Of a DNA stretch of 36,954 bases, positions 24,176-34,460 are shown piece by piece. Where the stretch lies: assembly GCA_003231925.1 (NCBI GenBank), contig QIKK01000040.1, positions 1-36,954 on the forward strand, read 5' to 3'. Source of the stretch: Candidatus Saccharimonadota bacterium. Lineage in GTDB: Bacteria > Patescibacteriota > Saccharimonadia > Saccharimonadales > SZUA-47. The notes under the pieces were generated by a model. That model did no database searches. It had not been told where the DNA came from and saw nothing but the letters and a program-made list of their open reading frames with translations. Within the stretch, counting starts at the first letter, position 1. Every line of letters starts with the position of its first letter. The position numbers were made by a program, and so were the translations under genes.

Positions 24176-25189
24176 ATGTCAGATAAACATAGACAACAAC
24201 TTGACGTGTTAAGTATAGGTGATGTGGTTACTGATGCGTTTATTAAATTAATTGATGACCAGGCCTGGGTAGAAGAACGTGACGGAAAACAAATTTTATC
24301 AATGGAATTTGGCACAAAATTACCCTTTGACCATGTTCAGGTTATTGAAGGTGTCGGTAATGCCTCAAATGCCTCGATTGCTTTTTCAAGAATGGGACTT
24401 TCTAGTGGTTTAATATCCAATGTTGGTGACGATTTATGGGGGGGCGACATCGTTAGAGCCTTAAAGAAAAACAGAGTTGACACAAGATTTGTACACGAGA
24501 ACTCCGGTAAGGTAAGTAATTATCATTACGTATTGTGGTATAAAGAGGAACGAACAATTCTAATAAAACACGAAGAGTACGCTTATCACTGGCCAAGGTT
24601 TAGGAAGATTGATATTCCAAAATGGATGTATTTTAGCTCTATATCTAAGCATGCCATAGATTATCACGACGATGTTGCAGACTGGTTAGACGAGAACCCA
24701 GAGGTTAAATTGGCCTTTCAACCGGGTACTTTCCAAATGGAGGCTGGTGTTGAAAGACTAAAGCGTATTTACCAGCGTTCTGAGGTTGTTGTATTAAATA
24801 GAGAAGAAGCCGTTTTAGTTTTTGGTGGGGATCACGATAATATTCACGATTTACTTGATCGAATGCACGGAATTGGCATTAAAATCGCATTGATAACGGA
24901 TGGTCCCAACGGAGCCTTTGTGTCTGACGGTACAGGTAGATGGAGTATGCCATTGTATCCAGATCCGGCACCGCCAGTTGACCGAACTGGCGCTGGAGAC
25001 GCTTTTGCTTCAACATTTATAGCTGCATTAATGAAAGGTGCTGATGTACAATCAGCTCTACTCTGGGCTCCAATTAACTCAATGAACGTAGTCCAACATG
25101 TCGGTGCCATTGAGGGTTTACTTACTGATTCAAAGTTGGATTACTATTTACGAAATGCACCGAAAGATTATCACCCGAAAGAAATGTAG
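24176..25189 (+). CDS. PfkB/ribokinase-family sugar or sugar-phosphate kinase
   Basis: 337 aa. N-terminal LDVLSIGDVVTDAF and C-terminal PfkB signature DRTGAGDAFASTFIAAL. Starts immediately after the fba stop. Confidence 0.85.
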   Translation: MSDKHRQQLDVLSIGDVVTDAFIKLIDDQAWVEERDGKQILSMEFGTKLPFDHVQVIEGVGNASNASIAFSRMGLSSGLISNVGDDLWGGDIVRALKKNRVDTRFVHENSGKVSNYHYVLWYKEERTILIKHEEYAYHWPRFRKIDIPKWMYFSSISKHAIDYHDDVADWLDENPEVKLAFQPGTFQMEAGVERLKRIYQRSEVVVLNREEAVLVFGGDHDNIHDLLDRMHGIGIKIALITDGPNGAFVSDGTGRWSMPLYPDPAPPVDRTGAGDAFASTFIAALMKGADVQSALLWAPINSMNVVQHVGAIEGLLTDSKLDYYLRNAPKDYHPKEM

Positions 25190-25191
25190 AA

Positions 25192-26391
25192 ATGTCTAAA
25201 ATTCTCGGTCAGTTACTTGGTGTAGATAGTCGCAACCTGGATAAAACTATCTCAAGACTTGAAAAGATGACGGGTAATTCTGGTATTGACGCACAGTTAA
25301 TAGCAGAGATAATTACAGGGACGAGACAAAAAAGTAGGAGTTTAGGTTTAGATCCGGCTGATACAAACAATAAAGAACTATATTTTGCCCTACACTCAAA
25401 GGCTAGCCTGGATAGCGGGCTATTGCGAGAGAAATTAAATATAACTGACAAGACTAGTTCAGCAAAAGCTGCAAAGATTATTTCTGTAGCTGGCGAAAAA
25501 CTCTTAAAACAAAATACAGTAGTCTGTCTGCAACCTGCTATTGTAAAGAGGGTTTTGATTGCGGTACCACCGAAGCGAACACTGCGGGTTTTAAGATTTA
25601 GGTCTGTAGAATCAGTAACAAAGCGAGAGAGTCCTCTGATACTATATGCACTTGCAAAAAACTTAGAGGACAAATCCTGGCATTCTCAGGTACAAGCCAG
25701 GTTGAAGCGGTTAGAATCACGTGACGTCAAGGAAAAGTCTGTTAATGTTCTTTCTTTACCAATTAGTTGGTTTGAAAAGTTATCAAAATGTCAGTTTAAT
25801 ACGGTGGTACAAATTGTACCAGAGATAGGTTCAGTTTTAATATTGCCATCTACGCCTTTGAGAGTTAAGGGGGCAGTATTATTAACATTAAGCTTGGTAT
25901 TACAGGCTGGTCAAACCTTGATGGTAAGGTCGCTACCCTATAAGTCGCGGTCTCTATTTACAGGTTTAGAAAAGCAACTACCAGATATAGCCCTTGGTGT
26001 TCAATTAGAACTTAAACCTATCCATGGGCTAAAACCATCTTGGCATACCGTGTACCAGCTACTATCAGATCAAAGTAGTCACTTATTACCTGAGTTTGAT
26101 TTTATTCTAGGAGACCTTAATTGGGTTAGCTCTGAAACACGCCTAGCCAGTCTTGTGCCTGAGCTAGATTTTTGGGTAGGGACGAACTTTTTGGGTACTG
26201 TTAACGATAAATCTCTGGTTTCATTACATCTTATCGATGTAACAGCTAACTTAGTAATGGGTCGGCACTTTACGGATAGTATCTCTAGGCATCTGCAATT
26301 TAGTTTATGGAATGAAATTCAATTGAGGTATCTCAAGCAGGAAGCCCTTGAGAAACAAATAATTTCTCAACTTACACAGGAGATAGTTTAG
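25192..26391 (+). CDS. hypothetical protein (399 aa, no recognised domain)
   Basis: Long uninterrupted ORF that starts 2 nt after the pfkB stop. No TM segments or motifs I recognise. Confidence 0.6.
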   Translation: MSKILGQLLGVDSRNLDKTISRLEKMTGNSGIDAQLIAEIITGTRQKSRSLGLDPADTNNKELYFALHSKASLDSGLLREKLNITDKTSSAKAAKIISVAGEKLLKQNTVVCLQPAIVKRVLIAVPPKRTLRVLRFRSVESVTKRESPLILYALAKNLEDKSWHSQVQARLKRLESRDVKEKSVNVLSLPISWFEKLSKCQFNTVVQIVPEIGSVLILPSTPLRVKGAVLLTLSLVLQAGQTLMVRSLPYKSRSLFTGLEKQLPDIALGVQLELKPIHGLKPSWHTVYQLLSDQSSHLLPEFDFILGDLNWVSSETRLASLVPELDFWVGTNFLGTVNDKSLVSLHLIDVTANLVMGRHFTDSISRHLQFSLWNEIQLRYLKQEALEKQIISQLTQEIV

Positions 26392-26448
26392 CCTAAGGCA
26401 TGCTATAATACTTATGATAATAATTGACACCAAAAAGGTAAAAACTGA

Positions 26449-27105
26449 ATGAAATATTCGATATGTATTTCTGGAGCAGCGGCCGGTAAGTCCGTCGATG
26501 AGTCCTGCGGTCTAGCTTATGAGCTAGGGGTACAAATTGCAGAGTTAGGACATACAACTACAACTGGAGCAACAGTAGGACTCCCACTATATGCGGCTAG
26601 GGGTGCAATGGATGCTAAGGGGACGAGTATTGGCTTTAGTCCGGCTGCCTCTTTGAGGGAACATGTCAAAAAATATCGCTTACCTATAGGATTTTTTACC
26701 TACATTAATTTTACAGGAATGCATTATATTGGACGCGATGTCCACCTAGTCCAAAGTAGCGATGCTGTTATTACTATCGGAGGTAGAATGGGGTCTTTAC
26801 ATGAATTTACAACAGCTCTAGAAGCTCACATGCCTTGCGGGGTATTATTGGGGTCTGGTGGTTTAGCAGATGTAATTCCTGCAATTTTAGAGAAACTTGA
26901 AGAACCAACTGGAAGTGTAGTTATTTATGATAGAGATCCTATAGCGTTAGTAAAAAAAATAGTTAAAGAATTAGATGACCGTAATTCGGACATGGATACT
27001 GAAGTTTATAAAGATGAGTGGATGGTTAAAGCTAGCATTTGCGACTCCTTAGCTGGGAAACATGGTTTCAAGACAGGGCGCAGTTCTTCAAAACACAGTG
27101 GTTAG
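26449..27105 (+). CDS. LOG/TIGR00725-like (SLOG superfamily) Rossmann-fold protein
   Basis: ICISGAA...TTTGATVGLPLYAARGA...SDAVITIGGRMGSLHEFTTAL resembles the LOG-family PGGxGTxxE region. Confidence 0.65.
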   Translation: MKYSICISGAAAGKSVDESCGLAYELGVQIAELGHTTTTGATVGLPLYAARGAMDAKGTSIGFSPAASLREHVKKYRLPIGFFTYINFTGMHYIGRDVHLVQSSDAVITIGGRMGSLHEFTTALEAHMPCGVLLGSGGLADVIPAILEKLEEPTGSVVIYDRDPIALVKKIVKELDDRNSDMDTEVYKDEWMVKASICDSLAGKHGFKTGRSSSKHSG

Positions 27106-27139
27106 CAAACTTTGTATTAATTGAAGTCGCAATTATTCT

Positions 27140-27147
27140 TGTATAAT
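27140..27147 (+). promoter_or_regulatory. candidate -10 (TGTATAAT), 9 nt upstream of the uvrB ATG
   Basis: Sequence ttGTATAATatatctagtATG. No SD. TTGAAG at 27121-27126 is a possible -35 with a short 15-nt spacer. Confidence 0.35.
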
Positions 27148-27156
27148 ATATCTAGT

Positions 27157-29127
27157 ATGAAGTTCAAATTAAAGAGCCACTATAAACCCACTGGGGACCA
27201 GCCAAAAGCTATTAAGCAGCTTGTTGCTGGGATAAACTCAGGAGAGAAAAGTCAAACTTTATTAGGAGTTACGGGGTCTGGTAAGACCTTTACTATGGCG
27301 AACGTTATAGCTCAAACACAGAAGCCTACACTTATTGTTAGCCATAATAAAACTCTCGCCGCTCAGCTTTATGAAGAGTTTAAAAATTTTTTCCCAGACA
27401 ATGAAGTGCACTATTTTGTCAGCTATTTTGACTATTATCAGCCGGAAGCCTACGTTCCCCGTAGTGATACATTTATAGAAAAAGATAGTGCAATTAATGA
27501 AGAAATTGATAGAATGCGACATGCTGCAACTGACTCGCTATTATCCAGAAAAGACGTCATAATAGTTGCTAGTGTAAGTTGTATATACGGTATTGGGAGC
27601 CCTTCTGATTATTCAAATTTATCAATTAAAATTAAAAAAGGTGAAGTAAGAAAACGCGATAAACTTATCAGGCAATTAACAGACATACAATATTCAAGAA
27701 ATGACCTGGATTTTCATAGAGGCACTTTTAGGGTTAGGGGCGATGTAATCGATATATTCCCAGCTGGTGAGGAAATTGCTTACCGTATTGAATTCTTTGG
27801 TGACGATGTTGACAGTATTTCTAAATTGGATGCTCTAACTGGTGAAATATTAGCAAAGCCTAAAGATATTACTATATATCCGAGTTCACATTACGTTACC
27901 TCTCAGGAAAAGCTCAAACTTGCTTTAGTCAAAATTGAAAAAGAATTAACAACTAGAATCTCTAAATTTAAAAGTCAGGGTAAACTTCTTGAAGCACAAA
28001 GATTAAAACAACGAACACGATTTGATATAGAAATGCTAGAAGAAACTGGCTTTGTAAAAGGTATTGAGAATTATAGTCGTTACTTAACGAATAGGGAAGA
28101 AGGGGAACAGCCAGCTACACTGCTTGATTATTACCCAGATGACTTTTTGATGATGATTGATGAATCGCACATGACTATTCCGCAGGTTAGAGGCATGTAT
28201 AATGGAGATCGAGCCCGAAAAGAAGTCCTGGTGGATTATGGGTTTAGACTGCCAAGTGCACTTGATAATAGACCTCTTAAATTTACAGAATTTGAAAGAC
28301 ATATTAATCAGGCTATATATGTTAGTGCTACACCTGCAGAATACGAGTTAACTAGAAGCGACAAACCAGTTCAACAATTAATTAGACCTACAGGACTGCT
28401 CGATCCCCAAATAGATGTTCGACCAACAGAACATCAAGTTGATGACCTAATCTCCGAAATTAGAAGTACTGTAGCTAAACATCAAAGAGTTCTAGTAACG
28501 ACCCTAACTAAAAGAATGTCAGAGGATCTAACAGATTATCTAAAAGAGTTAAACATTAAAGTTGCCTATCTACACAGTGATGTAGATACTCTAGACCGTG
28601 TGGATATTCTCAGAGATCTGAGAAAGGGTGTGTACGATGTTTTGGTTGGCATAAACCTATTGCGAGAAGGGCTGGACTTGCCAGAAGTAAGTTTGGTAGC
28701 GATATTGGACGCAGACAAGGAAGGTTTTTTGCGTAGCAGGCAAGCTTTAATTCAGACAATTGGACGAGCGGCTAGACACGAAGATGGCAGAGTAATAATG
28801 TACGCTGAAATTATCACAAAAAGTATCAAAGCTGCAATATCCGAGACTAATAGGCGTCGAAAGATTCAAAGAAAGTACAATATAGATAACAATATTGTTC
28901 CAACGGGTGTGTTCAAAGCCGTTAATGAGGGAATTAAAAGGCTAATACCTAAAAAGGAATCAACTAGTGAAAGAGTAGGGATTAATCTTCGTAAAATACC
29001 AAAAGATGAGTATTCTCGACTAGTAATAGACTTCAGGTCACAAATGGAACTAGCCAGTGCTAACTTGGAGTTTGAAAAAGCTGCTGAACTACGAGATTTA
29101 ATTAAAGAAATTGAGGCAAAAATTTAG
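27157..29127 (+). CDS. uvrB: excinuclease ABC subunit B
   Basis: [29 protein letters not shown], the DESH box ([12 protein letters not shown]) and the C-terminal UVR domain [18 protein letters not shown] 27157 is preferred over the TTG at 27121. Confidence 0.95.
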   Translation: MKFKLKSHYKPTGDQPKAIKQLVAGINSGEKSQTLLGVTGSGKTFTMANVIAQTQKPTLIVSHNKTLAAQLYEEFKNFFPDNEVHYFVSYFDYYQPEAYVPRSDTFIEKDSAINEEIDRMRHAATDSLLSRKDVIIVASVSCIYGIGSPSDYSNLSIKIKKGEVRKRDKLIRQLTDIQYSRNDLDFHRGTFRVRGDVIDIFPAGEEIAYRIEFFGDDVDSISKLDALTGEILAKPKDITIYPSSHYVTSQEKLKLALVKIEKELTTRISKFKSQGKLLEAQRLKQRTRFDIEMLEETGFVKGIENYSRYLTNREEGEQPATLLDYYPDDFLMMIDESHMTIPQVRGMYNGDRARKEVLVDYGFRLPSALDNRPLKFTEFERHINQAIYVSATPAEYELTRSDKPVQQLIRPTGLLDPQIDVRPTEHQVDDLISEIRSTVAKHQRVLVTTLTKRMSEDLTDYLKELNIKVAYLHSDVDTLDRVDILRDLRKGVYDVLVGINLLREGLDLPEVSLVAILDADKEGFLRSRQALIQTIGRAARHEDGRVIMYAEIITKSIKAAISETNRRRKIQRKYNIDNNIVPTGVFKAVNEGIKRLIPKKESTSERVGINLRKIPKDEYSRLVIDFRSQMELASANLEFEKAAELRDLIKEIEAKI

Positions 29128-29313
29128 AATTCACCAGGCTAAAGCTGATTAAGTGGGCCAGAAGTAAAATCGTAGAATAGATATGACGACCAAACCGTTT
29201 AATTCAAGATTAAAAAAATAAAATCTAAAAGTGCTGGTGTTAAATGGAATAGCTTAGTATAATCAAGATATAAATAATAATGGGTGGGCTAAAGAAGAGA
29301 GGGAACACTCATA

Positions 29314-29817
29314 ATGGAATTTTTAAAAAAAAATGCTCGCACAATAGTTATTGCGTTGCTTATCGTAGGGGGCATAATAGTAATATCTACAAGTGGTAGT
29401 GGAAAAAACAAGAAGACCTCAGATCAAAATACGACTAAGACTACACAAGAAAAAGCAACAAATGAAAACACTAACACGACTAAATCAACCAAAAAAGCAA
29501 CAAAAAATGAAATATCTTCTCAGGAATCTAAAGTAAATAAAACAGACAATATCTATACCATTTCAGCGGTGAAGAATGACAATCAGACTACCATGGTACG
29601 AAAGATAATCGCTCTATATACTAAAGATTCTTCAGCTAAGCTTTCAGCAGAGCAGGAGTTGTATGCAGAGACTAATCTAGTCAACACGCTACCAAGAAAT
29701 AACCTGATTTTTGTCGGTGATACTATAAAACTTAATAAATCTCAGCTTAAAACAGTAATAGACAACTCTCACCAGTTGACTGAATATCAAATCTCTCTTT
29801 GGGCTCAATATCTATAG
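29314..29817 (+). CDS. membrane-anchored hypothetical protein with a T/K/N-rich linker (possible degenerate LysM-like C-terminus)
   Basis: N-terminal TM helix, a low-complexity linker, and C-terminal YTISAVKNDN...LIFVGDTIKL, which is loosely LysM-like. The domain call is weak. Confidence 0.5.
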   Translation: MEFLKKNARTIVIALLIVGGIIVISTSGSGKNKKTSDQNTTKTTQEKATNENTNTTKSTKKATKNEISSQESKVNKTDNIYTISAVKNDNQTTMVRKIIALYTKDSSAKLSAEQELYAETNLVNTLPRNNLIFVGDTIKLNKSQLKTVIDNSHQLTEYQISLWAQYL

Positions 29818-29881
29818 GTCCAGCCTACTAATTATCGTAGCACTTCAGTAAAAAACTTCTGAAAGTTCCGACTATCTTAGC

Positions 29882-29887
29882 TATAAT
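29882..29887 (+). promoter_or_regulatory. candidate -10 TATAAT, 9 nt upstream of the gatC ATG
   Basis: Sequence agcTATAATagagtttagATG. No SD. Confidence 0.35.
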
Positions 29888-29896
29888 AGAGTTTAG

Positions 29897-30190
29897 ATGC
29901 AAAAAATACTTACAACAAAAGATGTTATTGCTTTGGCGCAACTTGCTCATATAAAGTTAAGCCCATCACAGATAGTACAATATCAGAAAGAACTATCTGA
30001 AATATTAAAATACATGGAGCTTTTAAATGATGTTGACACAAGAGAACTGCTCCCTACCTCTCAAGTGACTGGTTTAGAAAACGTGGTCAGAGAAGATGAA
30101 GTCCAGGAACAACTAGTCACCCCTAGCCAACTACTTGATGGTGTGCCAAGAAGTAGGGACGGTTTTATCCAGGTTAAGAGGATGTTGTAA
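29897..30190 (+). CDS. gatC: Asp-tRNA(Asn)/Glu-tRNA(Gln) amidotransferase subunit C
   Basis: 97 aa. VIALAQLAHIKLSPSQI...LSEILKYMELLNDVD. Its stop overlaps the gatA start (TAATG). Confidence 0.9.
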   Translation: MQKILTTKDVIALAQLAHIKLSPSQIVQYQKELSEILKYMELLNDVDTRELLPTSQVTGLENVVREDEVQEQLVTPSQLLDGVPRSRDGFIQVKRML

Positions 30191-31638
30191 TGATGGCTCC
30201 CTCTACCGAAAAAGGTCAATGGCCTCTCCTATCTACTTTGTCACAACAGGTCCATGAAGGTAGGGTCAAGAGTGTAGATTTGATTAATAGATCGTTGCAA
30301 GCAATTAGAGACCTTGATCCAGAATATAAAGTAGTTATTGCTACCTGTAGCAGGCGAGCATTAAAAAGGGCAAAGCAAATCGACTCTGATATAAGAAATG
30401 GTAGGACAGTGGGCCTATTAGCAGGGGTCCCTTTCATCGCAAAGGACAATATTTTAACTTTAGGGGCAGAAACTACTGCGGCCAGTAATATCCTAAAAGG
30501 CTTTAATTCTCCATATCAAGCTACAGTAATTGAAAAACTTGAAGCTGAGGGTGCGATATGCGTAGCTAAAGCTAATCTAGATGCTTTTGCCCATGGAAGT
30601 TCGACTGAGAACAGCGATTTTTTTACCACGAAAAACCCCTATGATAAGACACGAGTTCCTGGTGGTAGCAGTGGCGGATCGGCCGCTGCTGTGGCACTTA
30701 AAATGGTGCCATTTGCTCTGGGGACGGACACTGGTGGTTCAGTACGTTTGCCAGCAAGTTTCTGCGGGGTTGTCGGTTATAAACCAACCTACGGACTAGT
30801 TTCCAGAAGCGGTATTGTGGCTATGGCTAGCAGTACAGATGTTGTTGGTCTATTAACAAGTACTGTGCAGGACAGTGCCTCAATCCTTGATATCATTAGT
30901 GGACCTGACAAATTGGATTCAACAACTATTTCAAGAGACCCAAAAGCCTATACAGATATTAAGATGAATATAAAAAATAAAAAAATTGGTGTTGTTAAAG
31001 AATATCTAGGGGAGGGTCTAGACAAACAGGTTAAGAAAACTACAAAACTAAATATAGAAAAATTAAAAAATGCCGGTGCAACAATACAGGAAGTCAGCCT
31101 ACCGACACTGCCATTGGCTTTAGCGGTCTATTATGTGATAGTGCCTGCAGAGTTAAGTAGTAATCTATCTAGATACGATGGTCAACGATATGGCTATAGT
31201 TATAAAGAGGCTAAATCACTTGACGAGAGCTATCTAGAGAGTCGCTCTAGGGGCTTTGGTGATGAAGCAAAACGTAGAATAATGATTGGTACACATGTTC
31301 TAAGCTCTGGATACTATGATGCCTATTATAAAAAGGCCCAAACTGTCCGGACTTTGCTAATCAACGAATTTAATTCTGCTTTTAAAAAATACGATTTTTT
31401 AGTTGGACCGACAGCACCAAGTGTTGCTTTTAAAATAGGTCAGAATATAAATAATCCATTAGCAATGTATCTAATGGACATAATGACCGTTTCAGCTAAT
31501 CTTACAGGCATCCCTTCTATTAGTGTTCCTGGTGGCTCCGTAAACGGATTACCAGTAGGGTTTCAGATAATGGCGCCTCAACACAAAGATCGTGATCTAT
31601 TGGCAATGGCTCTATCTTACCAGGAGCTAAGAGGATGA
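30190..31638 (+). CDS. gatA: Asp-tRNA(Asn)/Glu-tRNA(Gln) amidotransferase subunit A
   Basis: Amidase signature [12 protein letters not shown]...[16 protein letters not shown]. Confidence 0.95.
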   Translation: MMAPSTEKGQWPLLSTLSQQVHEGRVKSVDLINRSLQAIRDLDPEYKVVIATCSRRALKRAKQIDSDIRNGRTVGLLAGVPFIAKDNILTLGAETTAASNILKGFNSPYQATVIEKLEAEGAICVAKANLDAFAHGSSTENSDFFTTKNPYDKTRVPGGSSGGSAAAVALKMVPFALGTDTGGSVRLPASFCGVVGYKPTYGLVSRSGIVAMASSTDVVGLLTSTVQDSASILDIISGPDKLDSTTISRDPKAYTDIKMNIKNKKIGVVKEYLGEGLDKQVKKTTKLNIEKLKNAGATIQEVSLPTLPLALAVYYVIVPAELSSNLSRYDGQRYGYSYKEAKSLDESYLESRSRGFGDEAKRRIMIGTHVLSSGYYDAYYKKAQTVRTLLINEFNSAFKKYDFLVGPTAPSVAFKIGQNINNPLAMYLMDIMTVSANLTGIPSISVPGGSVNGLPVGFQIMAPQHKDRDLLAMALSYQELRG

Positions 31639-32048
31639 GTGCTGAGGCGATAGTTGCTATAGTTGGAGCGTCGACGGGGGTATTAGGCTTGGTATTTTTA
31701 GTTGGGCGGAAGATTCCAAAACGCCTAAAAACAACGAAATTCACTAAGAAATGGCGAGATCTACAAAGGTTATGTTCAGATAAAGAAACCTGGGCAGAGG
31801 CCATAATTATTGCCGACAATTTGCTAGATGATGCTATGAAAAAGAGAAAAAAGTCTGGGGGTTCCATGGGTGAACGACTTGTTGAATCACAGCATTCTTT
31901 TACAAAAAATGAGGAAGTATGGCACGCTCATAAACTAGCAAAGGCAGTATCTAGTGAAGAGAAGGCTCAAAAACTTAAGGAATCCGATGTTAAAAATGCC
32001 TTAATAGCTTTCAGGCAGGCCTTACGCGATCTGGGGGCTTTAAGATGA
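31635..32048 (+). CDS. small membrane-anchored hypothetical protein between gatA and gatB
   Basis: 137 aa. N-terminal TM helix (AIVAIVGASTGVLGLVFLVG) and a helical, charged C-terminal domain. ATGA overlaps with both the gatA stop and the gatB start. Confidence 0.6.
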   Translation: MSAEAIVAIVGASTGVLGLVFLVGRKIPKRLKTTKFTKKWRDLQRLCSDKETWAEAIIIADNLLDDAMKKRKKSGGSMGERLVESQHSFTKNEEVWHAHKLAKAVSSEEKAQKLKESDVKNALIAFRQALRDLGALR

Positions 32049-33547
32049 ATGAAGTCAACCTAGAAGAGTATAAAATCAAGGGTTATTACCCTACAATTGG
32101 TATTGAGTGTCATGTTCAGTTGAAGTCTAAAACTAAGCTATTCTCCAGTGTTAGTAATGATGCAATTGGCGCAAAGCCTAATACTCTAATAAGTCATATT
32201 TGTTTTGGACTGCCTGGTGCCCTACCAGTTTTGAATAAGGAAGTAGTGAGACTCTCATCAATTGCTGCTTTTGCTCTGGGGACTAAGCCTCAGAAGTTTT
32301 CAAAATTTGACAGAAAACACTATTTTTACCCAGACTTACCTAAAGGTTATCAAATAACACAGCTAGACCAACCGATAATTTTAGGAGGTAGGGTCACGGT
32401 GTCTCTAGAAGATGGAACTACCCAGACAATCAACATAACACGTGCTCACATTGAAGAAGACGCTGGGAAGTCAACTCATCCATCAGGAGCAGACTACTCT
32501 CTAGTTGATCTTAACCGTGCAGGTACTCCTCTATTAGAGATAGTGTCAGAACCAGAGATACATAGTGCAAAGCAGGCGAAGGCTTATGCTAAAGAACTGT
32601 GGTTAATAATGAAATACGCAGGTGTTAGTGATGTTAATTTATTCCATGGTAATATGAGGTTTGATGTAAATGTTAGCGTATCTAAAGACCCTAAAAAACT
32701 GGGTACAAGATCTGAGACCAAAAATTTGAATAGTTTCAAAAGCGTTGAGCGGGCTGTAGACTACGAAATTAAACGTCAAATAGATCTACTAGAAAAAGGT
32801 AAGAATATAGCACAAGAGACCCGTGGTTGGATTGATGATAAACAAAAGACTGTTGGCCAACGTAGTAAAGAGGATGCGAATGATTATCGGTATTTCCCCG
32901 ATCCAGATATTCCGCCAGTTACCATCAGTGATCAATACATTAACGATATAAAGAGAAATATGCCAATATTACTGGGTAAATGGAGAGATAAGTTACAAAA
33001 ACAAGGTCTAAATTATTTACAAATAGAGGCATTGTTAGAATCAAATATAGAATTTAACGCAAATTTCCTGAGTTTAATAGCTGATTCTAGCAAGGAAGTT
33101 GCTGAGGTATATACAAACTGGATATTAAATATTGAAATACCACTACGTCACAAGCAGATTGAATCTAAAGAACCACTTGAGATAACCGCCAGTACTAGGA
33201 AAGCTATATTTGCAGGTATTCATGAATTGATACAGCAGGGTCAATTAAGCTCCAATAATGCTAGATTAATGATAATCTTTTTACTAAAATCGAGCAAAAT
33301 TCCTGACGATTTCAAGGAGCTTGCACAAAAATTAGGATATATACAAATGTCCGATATTGGAGAGCTAGAAAGTCTGGTTGACCAAATTATTAAGAAGAAT
33401 CCAACAGCTGTTGAAGAAGTTAGAAGTGGTGAAAAGAAAGTTATCGGGTTCCTAGTCGGTCAAGTTATGAAGGAATCTAAAGGACAAGCTAATCCAGCTG
33501 TAGTTAAAACAATAATTACAAGAAAGATTGAAACTCATGAAAGTTAG
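32045..33547 (+). CDS. gatB: Asp-tRNA(Asn)/Glu-tRNA(Gln) amidotransferase subunit B
   Basis: IGIECHVQL, HYFYPDLPKGYQITQ, AHIEEDAGK, and the C-terminal GatB/YqeY domain GFLVGQVMKESKGQANP. Confidence 0.95.
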   Translation: MNEVNLEEYKIKGYYPTIGIECHVQLKSKTKLFSSVSNDAIGAKPNTLISHICFGLPGALPVLNKEVVRLSSIAAFALGTKPQKFSKFDRKHYFYPDLPKGYQITQLDQPIILGGRVTVSLEDGTTQTINITRAHIEEDAGKSTHPSGADYSLVDLNRAGTPLLEIVSEPEIHSAKQAKAYAKELWLIMKYAGVSDVNLFHGNMRFDVNVSVSKDPKKLGTRSETKNLNSFKSVERAVDYEIKRQIDLLEKGKNIAQETRGWIDDKQKTVGQRSKEDANDYRYFPDPDIPPVTISDQYINDIKRNMPILLGKWRDKLQKQGLNYLQIEALLESNIEFNANFLSLIADSSKEVAEVYTNWILNIEIPLRHKQIESKEPLEITASTRKAIFAGIHELIQQGQLSSNNARLMIIFLLKSSKIPDDFKELAQKLGYIQMSDIGELESLVDQIIKKNPTAVEEVRSGEKKVIGFLVGQVMKESKGQANPAVVKTIITRKIETHES

Positions 33548-34415
33548 AAAAGCGGTCATAGCGGCGGCAGGTATGGGCACTAGGTTCTTGCCTCAGACTA
33601 AGGCCATGCCCAAAGAAATGCTTCCGATAATTGACAAGCCAGTAATTCAGCTGGTTGTCGAGGGCCTAGTAGAGGCTGGCGTTGAGGATATTATTATAGT
33701 CACAGGACCAACTAAAAGAGCAATCGAGGATCATTTTGATAGAAGCTTAGAACTAGAGGGTGAATTAAGGAGAAAGGGCAAAAATAAGATTGCTGATGGG
33801 CTGATAAAAATTGCTGAGATGGCAAACTTTACCTATATACGGCAAAAAGGTCTGCCTAGAGGCAACGCCCGACCAATTCTTAACGCCTCACATATAGTAG
33901 GCAAGGAGCCATTTTTCTTTTTCTTTGCGGATGATTTCTTTAGTGGTAGACATTCTGCAGCTTCACAGATGTTGAGTGTCTTTCAAAAAACCGGTAAAAC
34001 TATAGTAGCACTAAGAAAAGTTCCAAAACCAGAGATTAGTAACTATGGTATAGCTGAAATTGACCAAAATTTAAAGAATGGATTGTTTAAAATTACTCGT
34101 ATTGTGGAAAAACCCAATATTGATACAGCACCGTCAGATTTGGCAGTCGGTAGTGGCTATTTGTTAACTCCAGAGGTACTCCAGATTTTGAGAAAAGAAA
34201 AGGTTGGACCTGATGGAGAGATTAGAATTTCTGATGCAATGCAAGAATTAGCTCAAAAAGAAGACGTTTACGGTTTAGAAATAAAGGGAGAATATCACGA
34301 TACCGGAAACCCAGAGTCTTATTTAAAAACACTCATAGATGTAACTTTGAAAAATCCACACCATGGTCCAATATTGAAAAGCTACATAAGAGACAAACTA
34401 TCTAACGATAACTAG
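33537..34415 (+). CDS. galU: UTP--glucose-1-phosphate uridylyltransferase
   Basis: MKVRKAVIAAAGMGTRFLPQTKAMPKEMLPI. ATG 33537 is preferred over the TTG at 33528. Overlaps the gatB end by 11 nt. Confidence 0.9.
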   Translation: MKVRKAVIAAAGMGTRFLPQTKAMPKEMLPIIDKPVIQLVVEGLVEAGVEDIIIVTGPTKRAIEDHFDRSLELEGELRRKGKNKIADGLIKIAEMANFTYIRQKGLPRGNARPILNASHIVGKEPFFFFFADDFFSGRHSAASQMLSVFQKTGKTIVALRKVPKPEISNYGIAEIDQNLKNGLFKITRIVEKPNIDTAPSDLAVGSGYLLTPEVLQILRKEKVGPDGEIRISDAMQELAQKEDVYGLEIKGEYHDTGNPESYLKTLIDVTLKNPHHGPILKSYIRDKLSNDN

Positions 34416-34460
34416 AAGCTAAGATTTAACTTCGGATCACCGCCTAAAATTGCTTAGTTG

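Noticed and set aside
2330-25673. Many nested or antisense ORFs from the track: 2330-2512, 3821-4150, 4219-4491, 5433-5630, 6561-6779, 6974-7240, 7322-7660, 7707-8051, 7748-7984, 8588-8791, 9991-10203, 12129-12470, 14216-14521, 16463-16855, 18858-19043, 18985-19278, 19823-20044, 19941-20177, 21490-21672, 21552-21812, 22609-22800, 24115-24315, 24844-25110 and 25209-25673.
   Set aside because: Each lies inside a longer ORF with clear homology-type motifs. They have low-complexity or atypical composition and no SD or promoter context. I treat them as shadow ORFs.
27121-27156. TTG start at 27121 for uvrB, which would add a 12-aa N-terminal extension.
   Set aside because: The extension would cover the TGTATAAT box. 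UvrB homology begins at [16 protein letters not shown] (ATG 27157).
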